Below, one piece after another: positions 1-11,269 of a DNA stretch of 64,000 nt (position 1 is the first letter of the stretch; every line of letters starts with the position of its first letter). The translations under genes were made by a program, and so were the position numbers. Origin of the DNA: Candidatus Xenobia bacterium. GTDB lineage: Bacteria > Vulcanimicrobiota > Xenobia > Xenobiales > QWHO01. The stretch spans positions 32,001 to 96,000 of the forward strand of contig BTUM01000002.1 in NCBI GenBank assembly GCA_045863235.1, given 5' to 3'. The notes under the pieces are model-generated. The model ran no database searches. It was not told the origin of the DNA and was given only the letters and a program-made list of their open reading frames with translations.

Positions 1-86
1 TCCGCCAGGAAGAGTTCGTGCGCAATTTCGAGCAACTCTGGAAAAGTGGCCAGTTTGCAGGAAAAATGGCCGCTGTTAACGACTAG
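1..86 (+). CDS. 3' end of an upstream CDS (partial; ...RQEEFVRNFEQLWKSGQFAGKMAAVND*)
   Basis: Open frame from position 3 to TAG at 84-86; product not identifiable from this fragment. Confidence 0.5.
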   Translation, partial: RQEEFVRNFEQLWKSGQFAGKMAAVND

Positions 87-122
87 ATCCCCCACCAATC
101 AAAGACAGGTGGGGCTGCTAAA

Positions 123-584
123 GTGATACAGTTCGAATCTCCCGCACAAAAGGCGACCTTCGAGAAGATCGTCCCCTGGATGAAAGACCTCTTCGGCTCC
201 TTTGCCGGCCAGCGCGAGGACGCGCCTGCCTTCAGCGTCTCGGTCGGCTCAGCCATGGCCCTCACTATGGTCTACCCCTGGCGCGATGAGGAGGCGGTCA
301 TCTCCACCCGGGCCTGGGTGGTCACCGGCGCCGAGCTGACCCCTGAGTTGATGCACTATCTGCTCCGCGAGAACGACCGCATGAGCTTTGGAGCCTTCGG
401 CATCGATCCCGACGGGGACATCTTCTTCGAGCACACCATCCTGGGCTCGACCTGCGACCAGCCCGAGCTGAAGAGCTCGGTGCTCTCGGTCGTGCTGGTG
501 GCCGACGAGTATGACGACGAGATCGTCTCGCGCTGGGGCGGCCAGCGGGCCATCGACCGGGTGGCCAAGACGGCTCCGGCCTAG
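123..584 (+). CDS. YbjN / T3SS (CesT-like) peptide-binding chaperone family protein
   Basis: 153 aa, acidic; 'LLRENDRMSFGAFGID.DGDIFFEHTILG...ADEYDDEIV..WGG' pattern typical of YbjN/TY-Chap domains. Confidence 0.7.
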   Translation: MIQFESPAQKATFEKIVPWMKDLFGSFAGQREDAPAFSVSVGSAMALTMVYPWRDEEAVISTRAWVVTGAELTPELMHYLLRENDRMSFGAFGIDPDGDIFFEHTILGSTCDQPELKSSVLSVVLVADEYDDEIVSRWGGQRAIDRVAKTAPA

Positions 585-592
585 GAGTCGCC

Positions 593-3103
593 ATCCCCCC
601 CGAGGTTCTGGCCCCCGCGGGCGACCAGGAATCGCTGGCAGCCGCTCTGGCGGCCGGGGCCGACGCGGTGTATTTCGGCCTGGACGAGGGCTTCAACGCC
701 CGTGCCCGGGCCGAAAACTTTTCCCTGGCCAACCTGGCCGAGACCGTGGAGGTCATCCACCGGGCTGGGGCGCGAGCTTACCTCACGCTGAACACGCTGG
801 TCTTCCAGAGCGAGCTGGCGGCCATTGACCGCATTCTGCGCCAGGTGGCGCAAAGTGGCGTGGACGCCCTGATCGTGCAGGACCCGGCCGTAGCGCTGCT
901 GGCTCGGGCCATCTGCCCCGAGCTCGAGCTGCATGCCAGCACCCAGATGACCATCTCCAGCGCCGAGGGAGCGCTCTTTGCCGAGACGCTGGGCATCACC
1001 CGGGTGGTGGTGCCCCGCGAGCTGTCCGTCAACGAGATCCGGCGCCTGCGCCAGCAGACGAAGCTCGAGCTGGAGGTCTTCATCCTGGGAGCCCTGTGCG
1101 TCTCCTGGAGTGGCCAGTGCCTGTCCAGCGAGGCCTGGGGCGGGCGCTCGGCCAACCGCGGCCAGTGTGCCCAGGCCTGCCGGATGCCTTACGAGCTGGT
1201 GGTGGACGGGGTGACCCGCCCCCTGGGCGACGTGGCTTACCTCCTCAGCCCCAAAGACCTGGCCGGGTTCCGGGCCGTGCCCGAGCTGGCCGAGCTGGGC
1301 ATCCACACCCTCAAGATCGAAGGACGCCAGAAGGGGCCTACGTACGTGCGCACGGCCGTGGAGAGCATGCGCCGCTGGGTGGACGCGGTGACCCGCGGCC
1401 TGACCCGACCCGACGAGGAGCAGCTGGCCCGGGACGTGCGCGACCTGACTCTGGCCTACTCGCGCGGCTTCTCGGACGGCTTTCTGGCGGGCAGCGACCA
1501 CCAGAACCTGGTGGAGGGGCGCTTCCCACGCCACCGGGGCCTCTACCTGGGGCGCGTGACCGCGCTGGGGCCAGACCGGGTGCTGGTGGATCCGACCCCC
1601 GAGCCGGAGCGAGCGGCGCTGGGGGAGGTGTCCTCTCCCCTGCCCGCCTTCGGGGGCACCACCTCCTCGCTGGCAATCGCCCCGCTCGACCTCAAACCGG
1701 GGATGGGAGTGCTGTTCGATGAGGGCAAGCCCCAGGCCGAGGAGCAGGGGGGACCGATCTTTCGGGTGGATCGCACCCACGAGGGCCTCTGGCTGGGCTT
1801 TGGCCGGCCCGGCCCCGATCTCGCCCGAGTGAGCCCCGGAGCGCGGGTGTGGGTCACCAGCGACCCCTCACTGCAGCGCAAGGGCAGCCGTCCTGCGGCC
1901 GGACGCAGCCGGCTCTTCGTGCGCGCCGAAGGCAAGCTGGGCGAGCCCCTGCGTCTTCACTGCCGGGGGGTCAGGGTTCAAAGCGACTCGGGGCTGCAGA
2001 AAGCCACCACCCGCGGACTCGAGCAGGGCGTGCTGGAGGAGAAGTTGGGCGAGCTGGGCGGCACCCCCTATCACCTGGGCCAGCTCGATCTGAGCGGGCT
2101 CGAACCGGGATTGTTTCTGCCTGTCAGCCAGCTCAAGAGTCTGCGCCGCGAGCTCTGTGATCAGCTCGACCAGCGAACCAGGCGCCAGGTGGCCTCCGAG
2201 GAGGTCTGGCCGCAGTTGCAGGAATCTCTGCGACTGCCCGTCGGACAGCGTGTCACGCCCCGGCTGGTGGCTCTGTGCCGCACCCACGAGCAGCTGGAAG
2301 CGGTGATCGAGTCGGGAGCAAGCGAGGTCATCCTGGACTGGATGGAGCTGGTGGGCCTGGGCCAGGCAGTCCGCAGGGCGCGAGAGCAAGGCCTGAAGGT
2401 CGGCATCGCCACCGTGCGGGTGCAAAAGCCCGGCGAGGAGGTCTACGACAAGCGCATCCGGGCGCTTTCGCCCGATCTGTTGCTGGTGCGCCACTGGGCG
2501 GGAGTGATGCACCCTTATGGCGACAACCGCCCTGGCGAGCTGGTGGGCGACTTCTCGCTCAACGTGACCAACGCCCTGACTGCCTTCCACCTCCTTCGCC
2601 TGGGGCTCGACCGCCTGACCGTGGCCCACGACCTGGACGAGCACCAGCTCGAGGCGCTGCTCTCTGAGGTACCGCCCGAGCGCACCGCGGTGGTGGTCCA
2701 CCAGCACATTCCCACCTTTCACACCGAGCACTGCGTCTACTCCAACCTGCTCAGCCAGGGGCGCGACTACCGTAGCTGCGGCCGTCCCTGCGAGCAGCAC
2801 CAGGTGGCCCTGACCGACCACCTGGGCAAATCGCACCCGGTGGTGGTGGACGTGGGCTGCCGCAACACGGTCTTCAACGCCGCCGCCCAGAGCGCGGCCT
2901 GGCTCGTGCCCCGTCTCCTCGAGCAGGGAGTGGGCGAGCTGCGCCTCGAGTTCGTGCGCGAGTCGCGCTCGGAGACGCTGGACGTCTTGCAAGCCTACAG
3001 CGATCTGATCGCCGGCCGGGCCCAGCCAGCCGAGGTGGTGCGCCGGGTTGGCTCGCACGAGCAGTTCGGGGTGACGCGAGGCACCATGAAGGTGCTGCGG
3101 TGA
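593..3103 (+). CDS. U32 family peptidase-like Fe-S protein (RlhA/YdcP-like, with DUF3656-type region and second U32-like domain)
   Basis: PEVLAPAG...GADAVYFG N-terminus in frame upstream of 668; HASTQMT, C-x6-C...NRGQCAQAC, LSPKDL, KIEGR motifs; start inferred at ATC 593 after AGGAG. Confidence 0.85.
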   Translation: MPPEVLAPAGDQESLAAALAAGADAVYFGLDEGFNARARAENFSLANLAETVEVIHRAGARAYLTLNTLVFQSELAAIDRILRQVAQSGVDALIVQDPAVALLARAICPELELHASTQMTISSAEGALFAETLGITRVVVPRELSVNEIRRLRQQTKLELEVFILGALCVSWSGQCLSSEAWGGRSANRGQCAQACRMPYELVVDGVTRPLGDVAYLLSPKDLAGFRAVPELAELGIHTLKIEGRQKGPTYVRTAVESMRRWVDAVTRGLTRPDEEQLARDVRDLTLAYSRGFSDGFLAGSDHQNLVEGRFPRHRGLYLGRVTALGPDRVLVDPTPEPERAALGEVSSPLPAFGGTTSSLAIAPLDLKPGMGVLFDEGKPQAEEQGGPIFRVDRTHEGLWLGFGRPGPDLARVSPGARVWVTSDPSLQRKGSRPAAGRSRLFVRAEGKLGEPLRLHCRGVRVQSDSGLQKATTRGLEQGVLEEKLGELGGTPYHLGQLDLSGLEPGLFLPVSQLKSLRRELCDQLDQRTRRQVASEEVWPQLQESLRLPVGQRVTPRLVALCRTHEQLEAVIESGASEVILDWMELVGLGQAVRRAREQGLKVGIATVRVQKPGEEVYDKRIRALSPDLLLVRHWAGVMHPYGDNRPGELVGDFSLNVTNALTAFHLLRLGLDRLTVAHDLDEHQLEALLSEVPPERTAVVVHQHIPTFHTEHCVYSNLLSQGRDYRSCGRPCEQHQVALTDHLGKSHPVVVDVGCRNTVFNAAAQSAAWLVPRLLEQGVGELRLEFVRESRSETLDVLQAYSDLIAGRAQPAEVVRRVGSHEQFGVTRGTMKVLR

Positions 3104-3471
3104 GCCCCCGACTGGCACTGGGAGTGGCCGCTGGCCTGACCACCCTGGGCCTGGCGGGGTGGCTCTTCCTTCGCCACCAGTTCAACGCCCAGACCTCCAG
3201 CCGCGAGCGCGAGTGCGAGACTTCGATCCGCACCATCGTCAGCGCCATCGAGCTCTATCGCACCCACAATCCGCGCGTGCCCGAGCGACTCGAGCAACTG
3301 ATCCCTCGCTATCTGCCCGAGATCCCTCGCTGCCCGAAGGCAAAAAAGGACACCTACTCGGAGAGCTACCTGGTCTATCGGGCCAAATACACCCTGTTCT
3401 GTCGCGGGCACCACCATCGGCACGAGAACCGGCCCGCCTTCAGCAAGACACAAGGCTGGATTCGCGAGTGA
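3100..3471 (+). CDS. Membrane-anchored GspG/pseudopilin-like protein
   Basis: N-terminal hydrophobic helix, then C..SIRTI.SAIELY...L..LIPRYL..IPRCP...DTY..SY; paralogous to the C-terminal domain of 51826-52566. Confidence 0.55.
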   Translation: MSPRLALGVAAGLTTLGLAGWLFLRHQFNAQTSSRERECETSIRTIVSAIELYRTHNPRVPERLEQLIPRYLPEIPRCPKAKKDTYSESYLVYRAKYTLFCRGHHHRHENRPAFSKTQGWIRE

Positions 3472-3860
3472 AGATTCTGGCAGTGCTGACGCTCATCTGC
3501 CTGTGCACGCTGGGCTTTTTCTTCCTGGCGACCCGCCCGGTCAACCGGGTGGTCAAGACCTGGTCGTCCCCCGATGGGCAGTATCACCTGACCGTCCTCC
3601 AAACCGACCGGGACTTTCGGGGCTTCCCCCTGGACGTGCGAGCCCGCTATGCGGTCTACGTGGGGCGCGAGGCGGGCCAGCCCACCTACGGCCACCTGGT
3701 GGACTACAGCTTCACTCCCAAGAGCGCTGACGCCCTGGGCGCCATCGAGCGCGACATCGAGCGCTGCCAGGTGGAGTGGGGCCAGAGCGGGGTCAGCCTG
3801 ACCGCTCCCTCGGGGCACACCTTGCTCATTCCCCGCTCGGCCTACGAGGGTGGACGCTAA
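3468..3860 (+). CDS. Hypothetical exported/membrane-anchored protein
   Basis: GTGA overlap with upstream stop; N-terminal hydrophobic stretch KILAVLTLICLCTLGFFFLA. Confidence 0.65.
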   Translation: MKILAVLTLICLCTLGFFFLATRPVNRVVKTWSSPDGQYHLTVLQTDRDFRGFPLDVRARYAVYVGREAGQPTYGHLVDYSFTPKSADALGAIERDIERCQVEWGQSGVSLTAPSGHTLLIPRSAYEGGR

Positions 3861-3877
3861 TGTGCTCGCACTTTAGC

Positions 3878-4477
3878 TCAGACCGGAGACGGCGCTCGTG
3901 AAGCGGAGCGGGCCACCTGCTCGAGGTTGTCCAGCGCCGCACGGCCGGCCGCCAGCTGAAGATGACGGGCTAGAGGCAAGACCGGCTGCAAAATCGGCCA
4001 GCGCGGGCGCGACCAGGCGAAGATCAGGACCCGCACCTCACCGGTGGCGTGGCGCTTGAGCACCGAGAAGGTCTCCTCGCCTTGCTCGGGATGGCCTTCC
4101 AGGGTCTGGTAGGTGAAGCCGCTGCTCCACCAGCCGTCGGCCAGCTGGCGGGTGAAGACCCGCACCACCCGGCTGGCGAAGAAGAGGTCGAGTCCAGGCA
4201 GGAAATGGTAGCGCAGGCCCACCGCGTCGCCGGGCTGGACCGCCCGGCGCAGCACCGGCTTGCCCACCCGGGCGGGAAAGATCTCATAGCTGAGAATCGC
4301 TCGGGCCACACGGGTGAACGGACCCTCAGCTTCCGGCTCACCCGGTGACTCGACGGCCACGATGCGCTCATGACGGTCGTGAAAGGCGTTGGCCGGGGGG
4401 GGGCCGGCAGAGCCAGAGGCCAGGGACCGATCCTCCCAGCTCTCCAGGCGGGCCTTCATAAAAGGCAAGAGGAACAT
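3878..4477 (-). CDS. DUF1990 family protein
   Basis: GFTYQTLEGHPEQGEETF.V and 'I.AWSRP' motifs; TGATG coupling with upstream GGDEF gene. Confidence 0.75.
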   Translation of the reverse strand: MFLLPFMKARLESWEDRSLASGSAGPPPANAFHDRHERIVAVESPGEPEAEGPFTRVARAILSYEIFPARVGKPVLRRAVQPGDAVGLRYHFLPGLDLFFASRVVRVFTRQLADGWWSSGFTYQTLEGHPEQGEETFSVLKRHATGEVRVLIFAWSRPRWPILQPVLPLARHLQLAAGRAALDNLEQVARSASRAPSPV

Positions 4478-5490
4478 CAGCCGGTGTATTTGGAGAACGC
4501 CACCCGGTTGCGCCCCTCGCGCTTGGCCCGATAGAGGGCTTCGTCGGCGGCCTGCACCAGCGCTTGCTGGACCACGTTCACCGGATTGTCGGCAGCGGCC
4601 ACTCCCAGGCTGATGGTGACGGGAATCGAGCCCACGTCGCTCTTGACCGGCTCCTCGGCCACCAGCTGGCGGATGCGCTCGGCCACCAGCACCGCCTGAC
4701 CACCGGGTGTGTCGGGCAGCACGATGAGAATCTCTTCTCCACCGTAGCGCCCCACCGCATCTTGAGCCCTGAGAACGGCCCCGATGCGCCGGCTCACCTC
4801 CCGCAACACGGCGTCGCCAGCCAGGTGGCCATAGTTGTCATTGATGGACTTGAAGTGATCCAGGTCGCCCAGGATGATGGCCAGCGGGGCTCGTGTCTTG
4901 CTGGATTTCTCGGCCTCGATACCCAGGAACTCGAAGATGGAGCCCCGATTGCGCAAGCCTGTGAGAGGGTCGTGGTTGGCCTGAAAATGGAGCTGCTTGT
5001 TGACCTCTTCCAGCTGCTGCTGCTGGGCCTTGGAGATCAGCACGCCGCCGGCGAAGGCCAACGCCTCGGCGGCCATGGTCAGGAGCAGACCGGCAGGCCC
5101 CAGGGCAAAGGCTCCTGCCGCGGCGCCTGCCAGCAGCCCTCCCACGGCCAGGGCTCGGGCCACCGTGGGGCGCGACCAGACCGCTTTGGGGTCGGTCTGT
5201 TTGGCGGCTTCCTTGGCGGGAGCCGCTTCCTTGGAAGAGCCCAATCCCTCCATGAACGCCAGCAGATTCAGGGCCGAGGGCGCCTGGGACTCATTCTCAA
5301 CCGGTTGGTGACTGACCGGCATGTCGTGAGCGGTAGGCAGCATCTCCGGGCCGGAATTGGGAACGCCACCGATCCGGGAGGCCGCTAACCCCTGATTCAG
5401 GGCGGAAACGGAGGCAGAGCTGGCGGCGTCGCTGGCTTCGCCGGCTCGCTTGGTGCCATCCAATTGGCCGAGTTTGCGCAACTCATCCAC
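4477..5490 (-). CDS. Membrane-bound diguanylate cyclase (GGDEF) with disordered N-terminus
   Basis: DPLTGL.NR, DLDHFKSIND.YGH.AGD, RAQD I-site, RYGGEEI active site; two hydrophobic helices; start placed at GTG 5490 because the longer ORF overlaps the divergent gene. Confidence 0.85.
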   Translation of the reverse strand: MDELRKLGQLDGTKRAGEASDAASSASVSALNQGLAASRIGGVPNSGPEMLPTAHDMPVSHQPVENESQAPSALNLLAFMEGLGSSKEAAPAKEAAKQTDPKAVWSRPTVARALAVGGLLAGAAAGAFALGPAGLLLTMAAEALAFAGGVLISKAQQQQLEEVNKQLHFQANHDPLTGLRNRGSIFEFLGIEAEKSSKTRAPLAIILGDLDHFKSINDNYGHLAGDAVLREVSRRIGAVLRAQDAVGRYGGEEILIVLPDTPGGQAVLVAERIRQLVAEEPVKSDVGSIPVTISLGVAAADNPVNVVQQALVQAADEALYRAKREGRNRVAFSKYTG

Positions 5491-5572
5491 GATACGCTCA
5501 GATTCGCGTTCGTTGCCAGAGTGACCTTTCCCGAGCGGGATTTGCGCGTTGATGCGAGAATGCCAGGGCGCC

Positions 5573-6346
5573 ATGAAACGAACTCTGCTTTTCCTGCTCC
5601 TCGCCCTGACGACCACCCTCCAGGCAGCCGCGCCGGTCAGACGTCTGGTGGTGGGCTTTGCGCCCAGGGACACCTTTGATTTCAACCTGGTGGCCGGCTT
5701 CGACCGGGGCCGGGGCTGGCGCGACGCCGACACCATCATGGGGATGGTCGGCACACGCCAGTACACCATCTGCACCCTGACCGGGAACCTCGGCACGGTG
5801 GAGGGATCTCAACCCCGCGTGCGGGGTGAGAACGGGGTGCAGGGGCGGCTGACTCGCAAACTCTATCGCGATGCGGTGCTCCTCAACGGGGACATGCCCG
5901 ATCTGGCCCCGGTCAAGGAGACCGACAGTCAGGACCCGGTCGCCCACCAGGCGGTGGCCGCCTTTCTGAGCGGCCAGGGGGTCCAGGTGCAAAAGCCGAC
6001 CCTGTCTCAGAATCTGCGCGTCGATCTGGACGCAGATGGCCAGGCCGAGTACCTGGTGGCAGCCACCCACCGTGACCCCTACGGCCCGGACAAGAAGCCG
6101 GATGAGTATTCCCTGCTGGCCATCGTCAAGAACGGCCAGGTGACGCCCCTGTTCTTCCAGAGCCAGAAAGTGCAGCCCGACCTCCCCTGGGAGGACCAGC
6201 AGGTCCTGCTGGTGGCCAACCTGGACGGTCAGGGCGGACCCGAGATCGTCAGCCGCTACGAGTATTACGAGGGCGGCGGGGTGGTGATCATGGGCCAGGT
6301 GCAGGGCGCCTGGAAGGACGTGGCCAGGACCGACTGGGGTCTTTGA
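5573..6346 (+). CDS. Hypothetical secreted protein with FG-GAP-like Ca-binding motifs
   Basis: Signal peptide MKRTLLFLLLALTTTLQA; DLDADGQAE and NLDGQGGPEI motifs. Confidence 0.7.
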   Translation: MKRTLLFLLLALTTTLQAAAPVRRLVVGFAPRDTFDFNLVAGFDRGRGWRDADTIMGMVGTRQYTICTLTGNLGTVEGSQPRVRGENGVQGRLTRKLYRDAVLLNGDMPDLAPVKETDSQDPVAHQAVAAFLSGQGVQVQKPTLSQNLRVDLDADGQAEYLVAATHRDPYGPDKKPDEYSLLAIVKNGQVTPLFFQSQKVQPDLPWEDQQVLLVANLDGQGGPEIVSRYEYYEGGGVVIMGQVQGAWKDVARTDWGL

Positions 6347-6370
6347 TGCGATACGAAAACTGCAAGCACA

Positions 6371-7477
6371 TTAGCGGCTGAGATCCAGGGCGATGCCCGT
6401 GGGCCCGAGCAAGCCGGTGTTGGTTCCTCTCAGCCGCCGGTTGGGGAACTGGTTCCCCTCCAGGCCGGCGATACTGTTGAAGACCAGGATCTCGTTGCTG
6501 CCCGTGTTGGCCAGGTAGAGGTTGCCTGACTCGAGCAACATCTGACCCGGTTGGCGAATTCCCGTGTTCTCGCCGGTGAGGATGGCCGTGGGGGCCACGT
6601 CCACGTCGATGGTGCTGGCCCCCGCAAAACGCAACAGGCTGCTCGAATCGGCCACCAGAAGGTTGTCGCTCGAGTCCACCAGCACGGCAGTGGGGCTGGT
6701 CAAGCGCGTGTTGGCGCCCCGCAGGACTCGATTGGGGAAGATATTGCCGTTCAGCGTGCTGATGCTGTCAAAGACGCTGATGGCACCGGCCCCGGTGTTG
6801 GCCACGAACATGCGGTCGGCCGTGCTGTCCAGGAAGAGGTCGGTGTTGTTTTGCAACCCCGGATTGGCGCCTTCGACGGTGCGCAGGGGCGCCACATCTG
6901 CGGTCAGCGTGGCCGCCGAGTTGAAGGTCATCAGGCCGCCCCGCCCGGTGTTCGAGACGTAGAGCAGGTCGCGTCCGATATCAACCAGGGCGGCAGCCGG
7001 ACCACTCAGGGTGGTGTTGGCCCCTTCCAGGAAACGGACGGGAGGCACGTCGCCCTGCAAGGTGCTGACGTTGTCGAACACCAGGATCGAGCTCTGGCCG
7101 GCATTGGCCACATAGAGGCGGTCGTTGGCCACGTCCAGGAACAGATACTGAGGCGCGGACAGGCGCGTCAACCCGCCCTGGATGATCGCCACCGGGGCGA
7201 TGTCCGCATCCAGGGTGGTGGCACCATCGAAACGCAGGATGGAGTTGTTCTGGGCGTTGGCCACGTAGAGCAGCCCCTGCCCTCCGGTGCCCCCATCGCT
7301 GCCCCCGTCGGTGGAACCTCCTCCATCGCTCGAGCCGCTTCCTCCCGAACTGCAGTCGCCCAGCGCGCCGAACCCCTCACGGTTGGTGCAGGTGCTGTCG
7401 CTGCAACCGCCGCTCACTCCGATCAGTGTCAACAGACCGAAGAGCAAAAGGAAGGACAACAGAAGCCGTAATTTCAT
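6371..7477 (-). CDS. Probable lipoprotein with NHL-like beta-propeller repeats
   Basis: Signal/lipobox-like VSGGC, Gly/Ser linker, about five ~60-aa repeats (P.R.L.G.NT.L..P..L.LD...D.LYVAN.G...I.VF). Confidence 0.75.
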   Translation of the reverse strand: MKLRLLLSFLLLFGLLTLIGVSGGCSDSTCTNREGFGALGDCSSGGSGSSDGGGSTDGGSDGGTGGQGLLYVANAQNNSILRFDGATTLDADIAPVAIIQGGLTRLSAPQYLFLDVANDRLYVANAGQSSILVFDNVSTLQGDVPPVRFLEGANTTLSGPAAALVDIGRDLLYVSNTGRGGLMTFNSAATLTADVAPLRTVEGANPGLQNNTDLFLDSTADRMFVANTGAGAISVFDSISTLNGNIFPNRVLRGANTRLTSPTAVLVDSSDNLLVADSSSLLRFAGASTIDVDVAPTAILTGENTGIRQPGQMLLESGNLYLANTGSNEILVFNSIAGLEGNQFPNRRLRGTNTGLLGPTGIALDLSR

Positions 7478-7517
7478 GCCCGGCTTTTCGCAGCCCGCGA
7501 ACGATTCCCTGGAGCAC

Positions 7518-7553
7518 AAGAAAGCCCGACCGGAACCGGCCGGGCTTCTTTCT
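7518..7553. terminator. Intrinsic terminator (possibly bidirectional) downstream of the RNB gene
   Basis: AAGCCCGACCGG-AA-CCGGCCGGGCTT hairpin flanked by A-rich and T-rich tracts. Confidence 0.65.
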
Positions 7554-7568
7554 GCATTGCCAGAGAGC

Positions 7569-9317
7569 TCAGGCTTTCTCGAAGTCGATAAAGCCCTTCT
7601 CGACGTTGGTGCCGGTCAGGCGCACCGTCATCTGTTGGCCATAGCGTCCACTGCCGTCGAGCTTTCCTTCGATCGGCATTTCCAGCAGGCGCACCCAGGT
7701 GCCCTTGTCGTTGGCGCCCGAGACGATGGCGTCGAAGGTCTCGCCGATGCGGTTCTGCAGCAACATCGCCGCAGCCGACTTCTGAATCTGGCGCTCGACC
7801 TTCTGGGCGTTCCCTTCTTGCTCGGTGCATCGGGTCGTCAACTCGCTCAGCTCAGCTTTGGTATAGCCCCAGTCCTTCTCGGTGGGGTTGGTGATACCCG
7901 CCGCCACACAGGCCTGAGCGGCCTTCAAGAGACGCTGGGTAATGACGTCGGGATAACGGCGATTAGGAGCCGTCGAGTGCGAGTAATCCTTGACGGCCAG
8001 TCCGAAGTGACCCACGGGCTCCTCGCCCGGGAACTGCACCACATACTCGCCCCGGCCGAGCAGCTTGACCACGTTCAAAGACAGATCGGGGAAGCGCAGA
8101 GGATCGTTTGCCCTCTCGCCCTCGAGGAACTGCTCGAGAGCGGCCGAATCGGGCTTGTCGGGCAACTCGTATCCCTTTTCGGCAGCGATATCGACGATCT
8201 TGTCCCAGTTCTTGGGCTCGCGCACGATGCGCTGGATGGTGGGGAAGCCGGCCTGGGTGAGGAACTTGGAGGCGCAGCCGTTGGAGGCTACCATCAGGTT
8301 CTCGATCAGCTCGGTGGCCAGGTTCTTCTCCGTCTTGTTGAGGTCCTTAACGGCCCCATCCTCCATCTTGGCCTTGGCCTCCTGCGACTCGAGCTGCAGT
8401 GAGCCGTTGCGGCGGCGCACTTCCTTGAGGGCCTGGGCCACCCGGCTCTGCGACTGGAGAGCAGCTGACACCTCGTCGCGCCCGTCCAGGGCTTTGGGGC
8501 GCTCGCCGCTGCCCTCGAGCCACTTGCCGATGCTGTCGTAGTTCAGAGCCACCTTGGAATTCACCATCGCCGGGTAGATGTCGAATTTTGTGACCTCACC
8601 CTCGGGGCTGATAATCATCTCGGTCACCATGGCCTGGCGGTCCACGCCCGGATTCATCGAGGTCAGGTTCTCGGAGAAGTGAGGGTCGATCATCGGGTAG
8701 ATTTTGTCGGCCGTGTAGACGGTGGTCGTATTCTTCTGGGCCTGCTTGTCGGGAGGGGAATTCTTGGGCATGAGCGCGTCCACGTCGGCGATGGCCACGT
8801 AGACCCTGGTGAACCCGTTGGGCAGGTCCTCGGAGGCCGAGAGCTGGTCGAGGTCCTTGGAGGTGACCACCTCACCGTAGCCGTTGTCCACCGAGCACCA
8901 GTTGAGGTGGCGCAGGTCCTTGATCTCGGGATTGAACGCGGGCTGTTGGATGGCCTTGATGAAAGCTGCCGCCTCACTGGAGTAGGTAGGGGTCAGGCCC
9001 TTCTCCGTCATGGCTTTGTCGGCCAGGACCTTCAGGTCGTACGTCTTGCCGCTGGCCGCCATGACCCCGATAGCGGCCTGGGTGCCCCCCACCCCCGCCG
9101 CTCCGATCTCGCCGTAACGACTGGACTCGCTCTGGGCCCGCTCGCGACCGCGATTGCTGCGCTGTTGCTGTTGAGGCCCGCGGGGCCCCCGCTGCTCTTG
9201 CGTGTTGTTCCCCGGACGATACCCGTCTTGAGGCCCCTGGTTCTGTCGATTCTTGCGATTCTTGCGCCCCGCCTCGACGGGGGCGGTGAAGGGGATCGAG
9301 GCCATGTTCACTTGCAT
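7569..9317 (-). CDS. RNB-domain exoribonuclease (RNase II/R family) with disordered N-terminal extension
   Basis: DLRHL..CSVDN...SKDLDQ, VAIADV, IENLMVASN, HFGL...YSHSTAPNRRYPD; C-terminal S1-like region. Confidence 0.85.
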   Translation of the reverse strand: MQVNMASIPFTAPVEAGRKNRKNRQNQGPQDGYRPGNNTQEQRGPRGPQQQQRSNRGRERAQSESSRYGEIGAAGVGGTQAAIGVMAASGKTYDLKVLADKAMTEKGLTPTYSSEAAAFIKAIQQPAFNPEIKDLRHLNWCSVDNGYGEVVTSKDLDQLSASEDLPNGFTRVYVAIADVDALMPKNSPPDKQAQKNTTTVYTADKIYPMIDPHFSENLTSMNPGVDRQAMVTEMIISPEGEVTKFDIYPAMVNSKVALNYDSIGKWLEGSGERPKALDGRDEVSAALQSQSRVAQALKEVRRRNGSLQLESQEAKAKMEDGAVKDLNKTEKNLATELIENLMVASNGCASKFLTQAGFPTIQRIVREPKNWDKIVDIAAEKGYELPDKPDSAALEQFLEGERANDPLRFPDLSLNVVKLLGRGEYVVQFPGEEPVGHFGLAVKDYSHSTAPNRRYPDVITQRLLKAAQACVAAGITNPTEKDWGYTKAELSELTTRCTEQEGNAQKVERQIQKSAAAMLLQNRIGETFDAIVSGANDKGTWVRLLEMPIEGKLDGSGRYGQQMTVRLTGTNVEKGFIDFEKA

Positions 9318-9351
9318 GGGGGACGGGTTCTCACTTTCCAAGGCTGCACCC

Positions 9352-9384
9352 AGTGTAAGGACGGACCCTCAAAGCCTCCTGAAA
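9352..9384 (-). promoter_or_regulatory. TTTCAGG-N4-TTTGAGG-N9-TACACT direct-repeat promoter motif
   Basis: 11-bp-period repeat followed by a -10-like hexamer; same layout as 29220-29252. Confidence 0.55.
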
Positions 9385-9388
9385 ACTT

Positions 9389-11218
<1,830 letters not shown>

Positions 11219-11269
11219 GCCTGGAGAGCTTCAAGAGGCCGGGAAGGAACCCTGGCGAAGGCAGGAGCG

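Noticed and set aside
581..3118. Minus-strand ORFs of 399 and 416 aa
   Set aside because: Shadows of the U32 gene
5491..5796. N-terminal extension of the GGDEF ORF to 5796
   Set aside because: Overlaps the divergent signal-peptide gene starting at 5573
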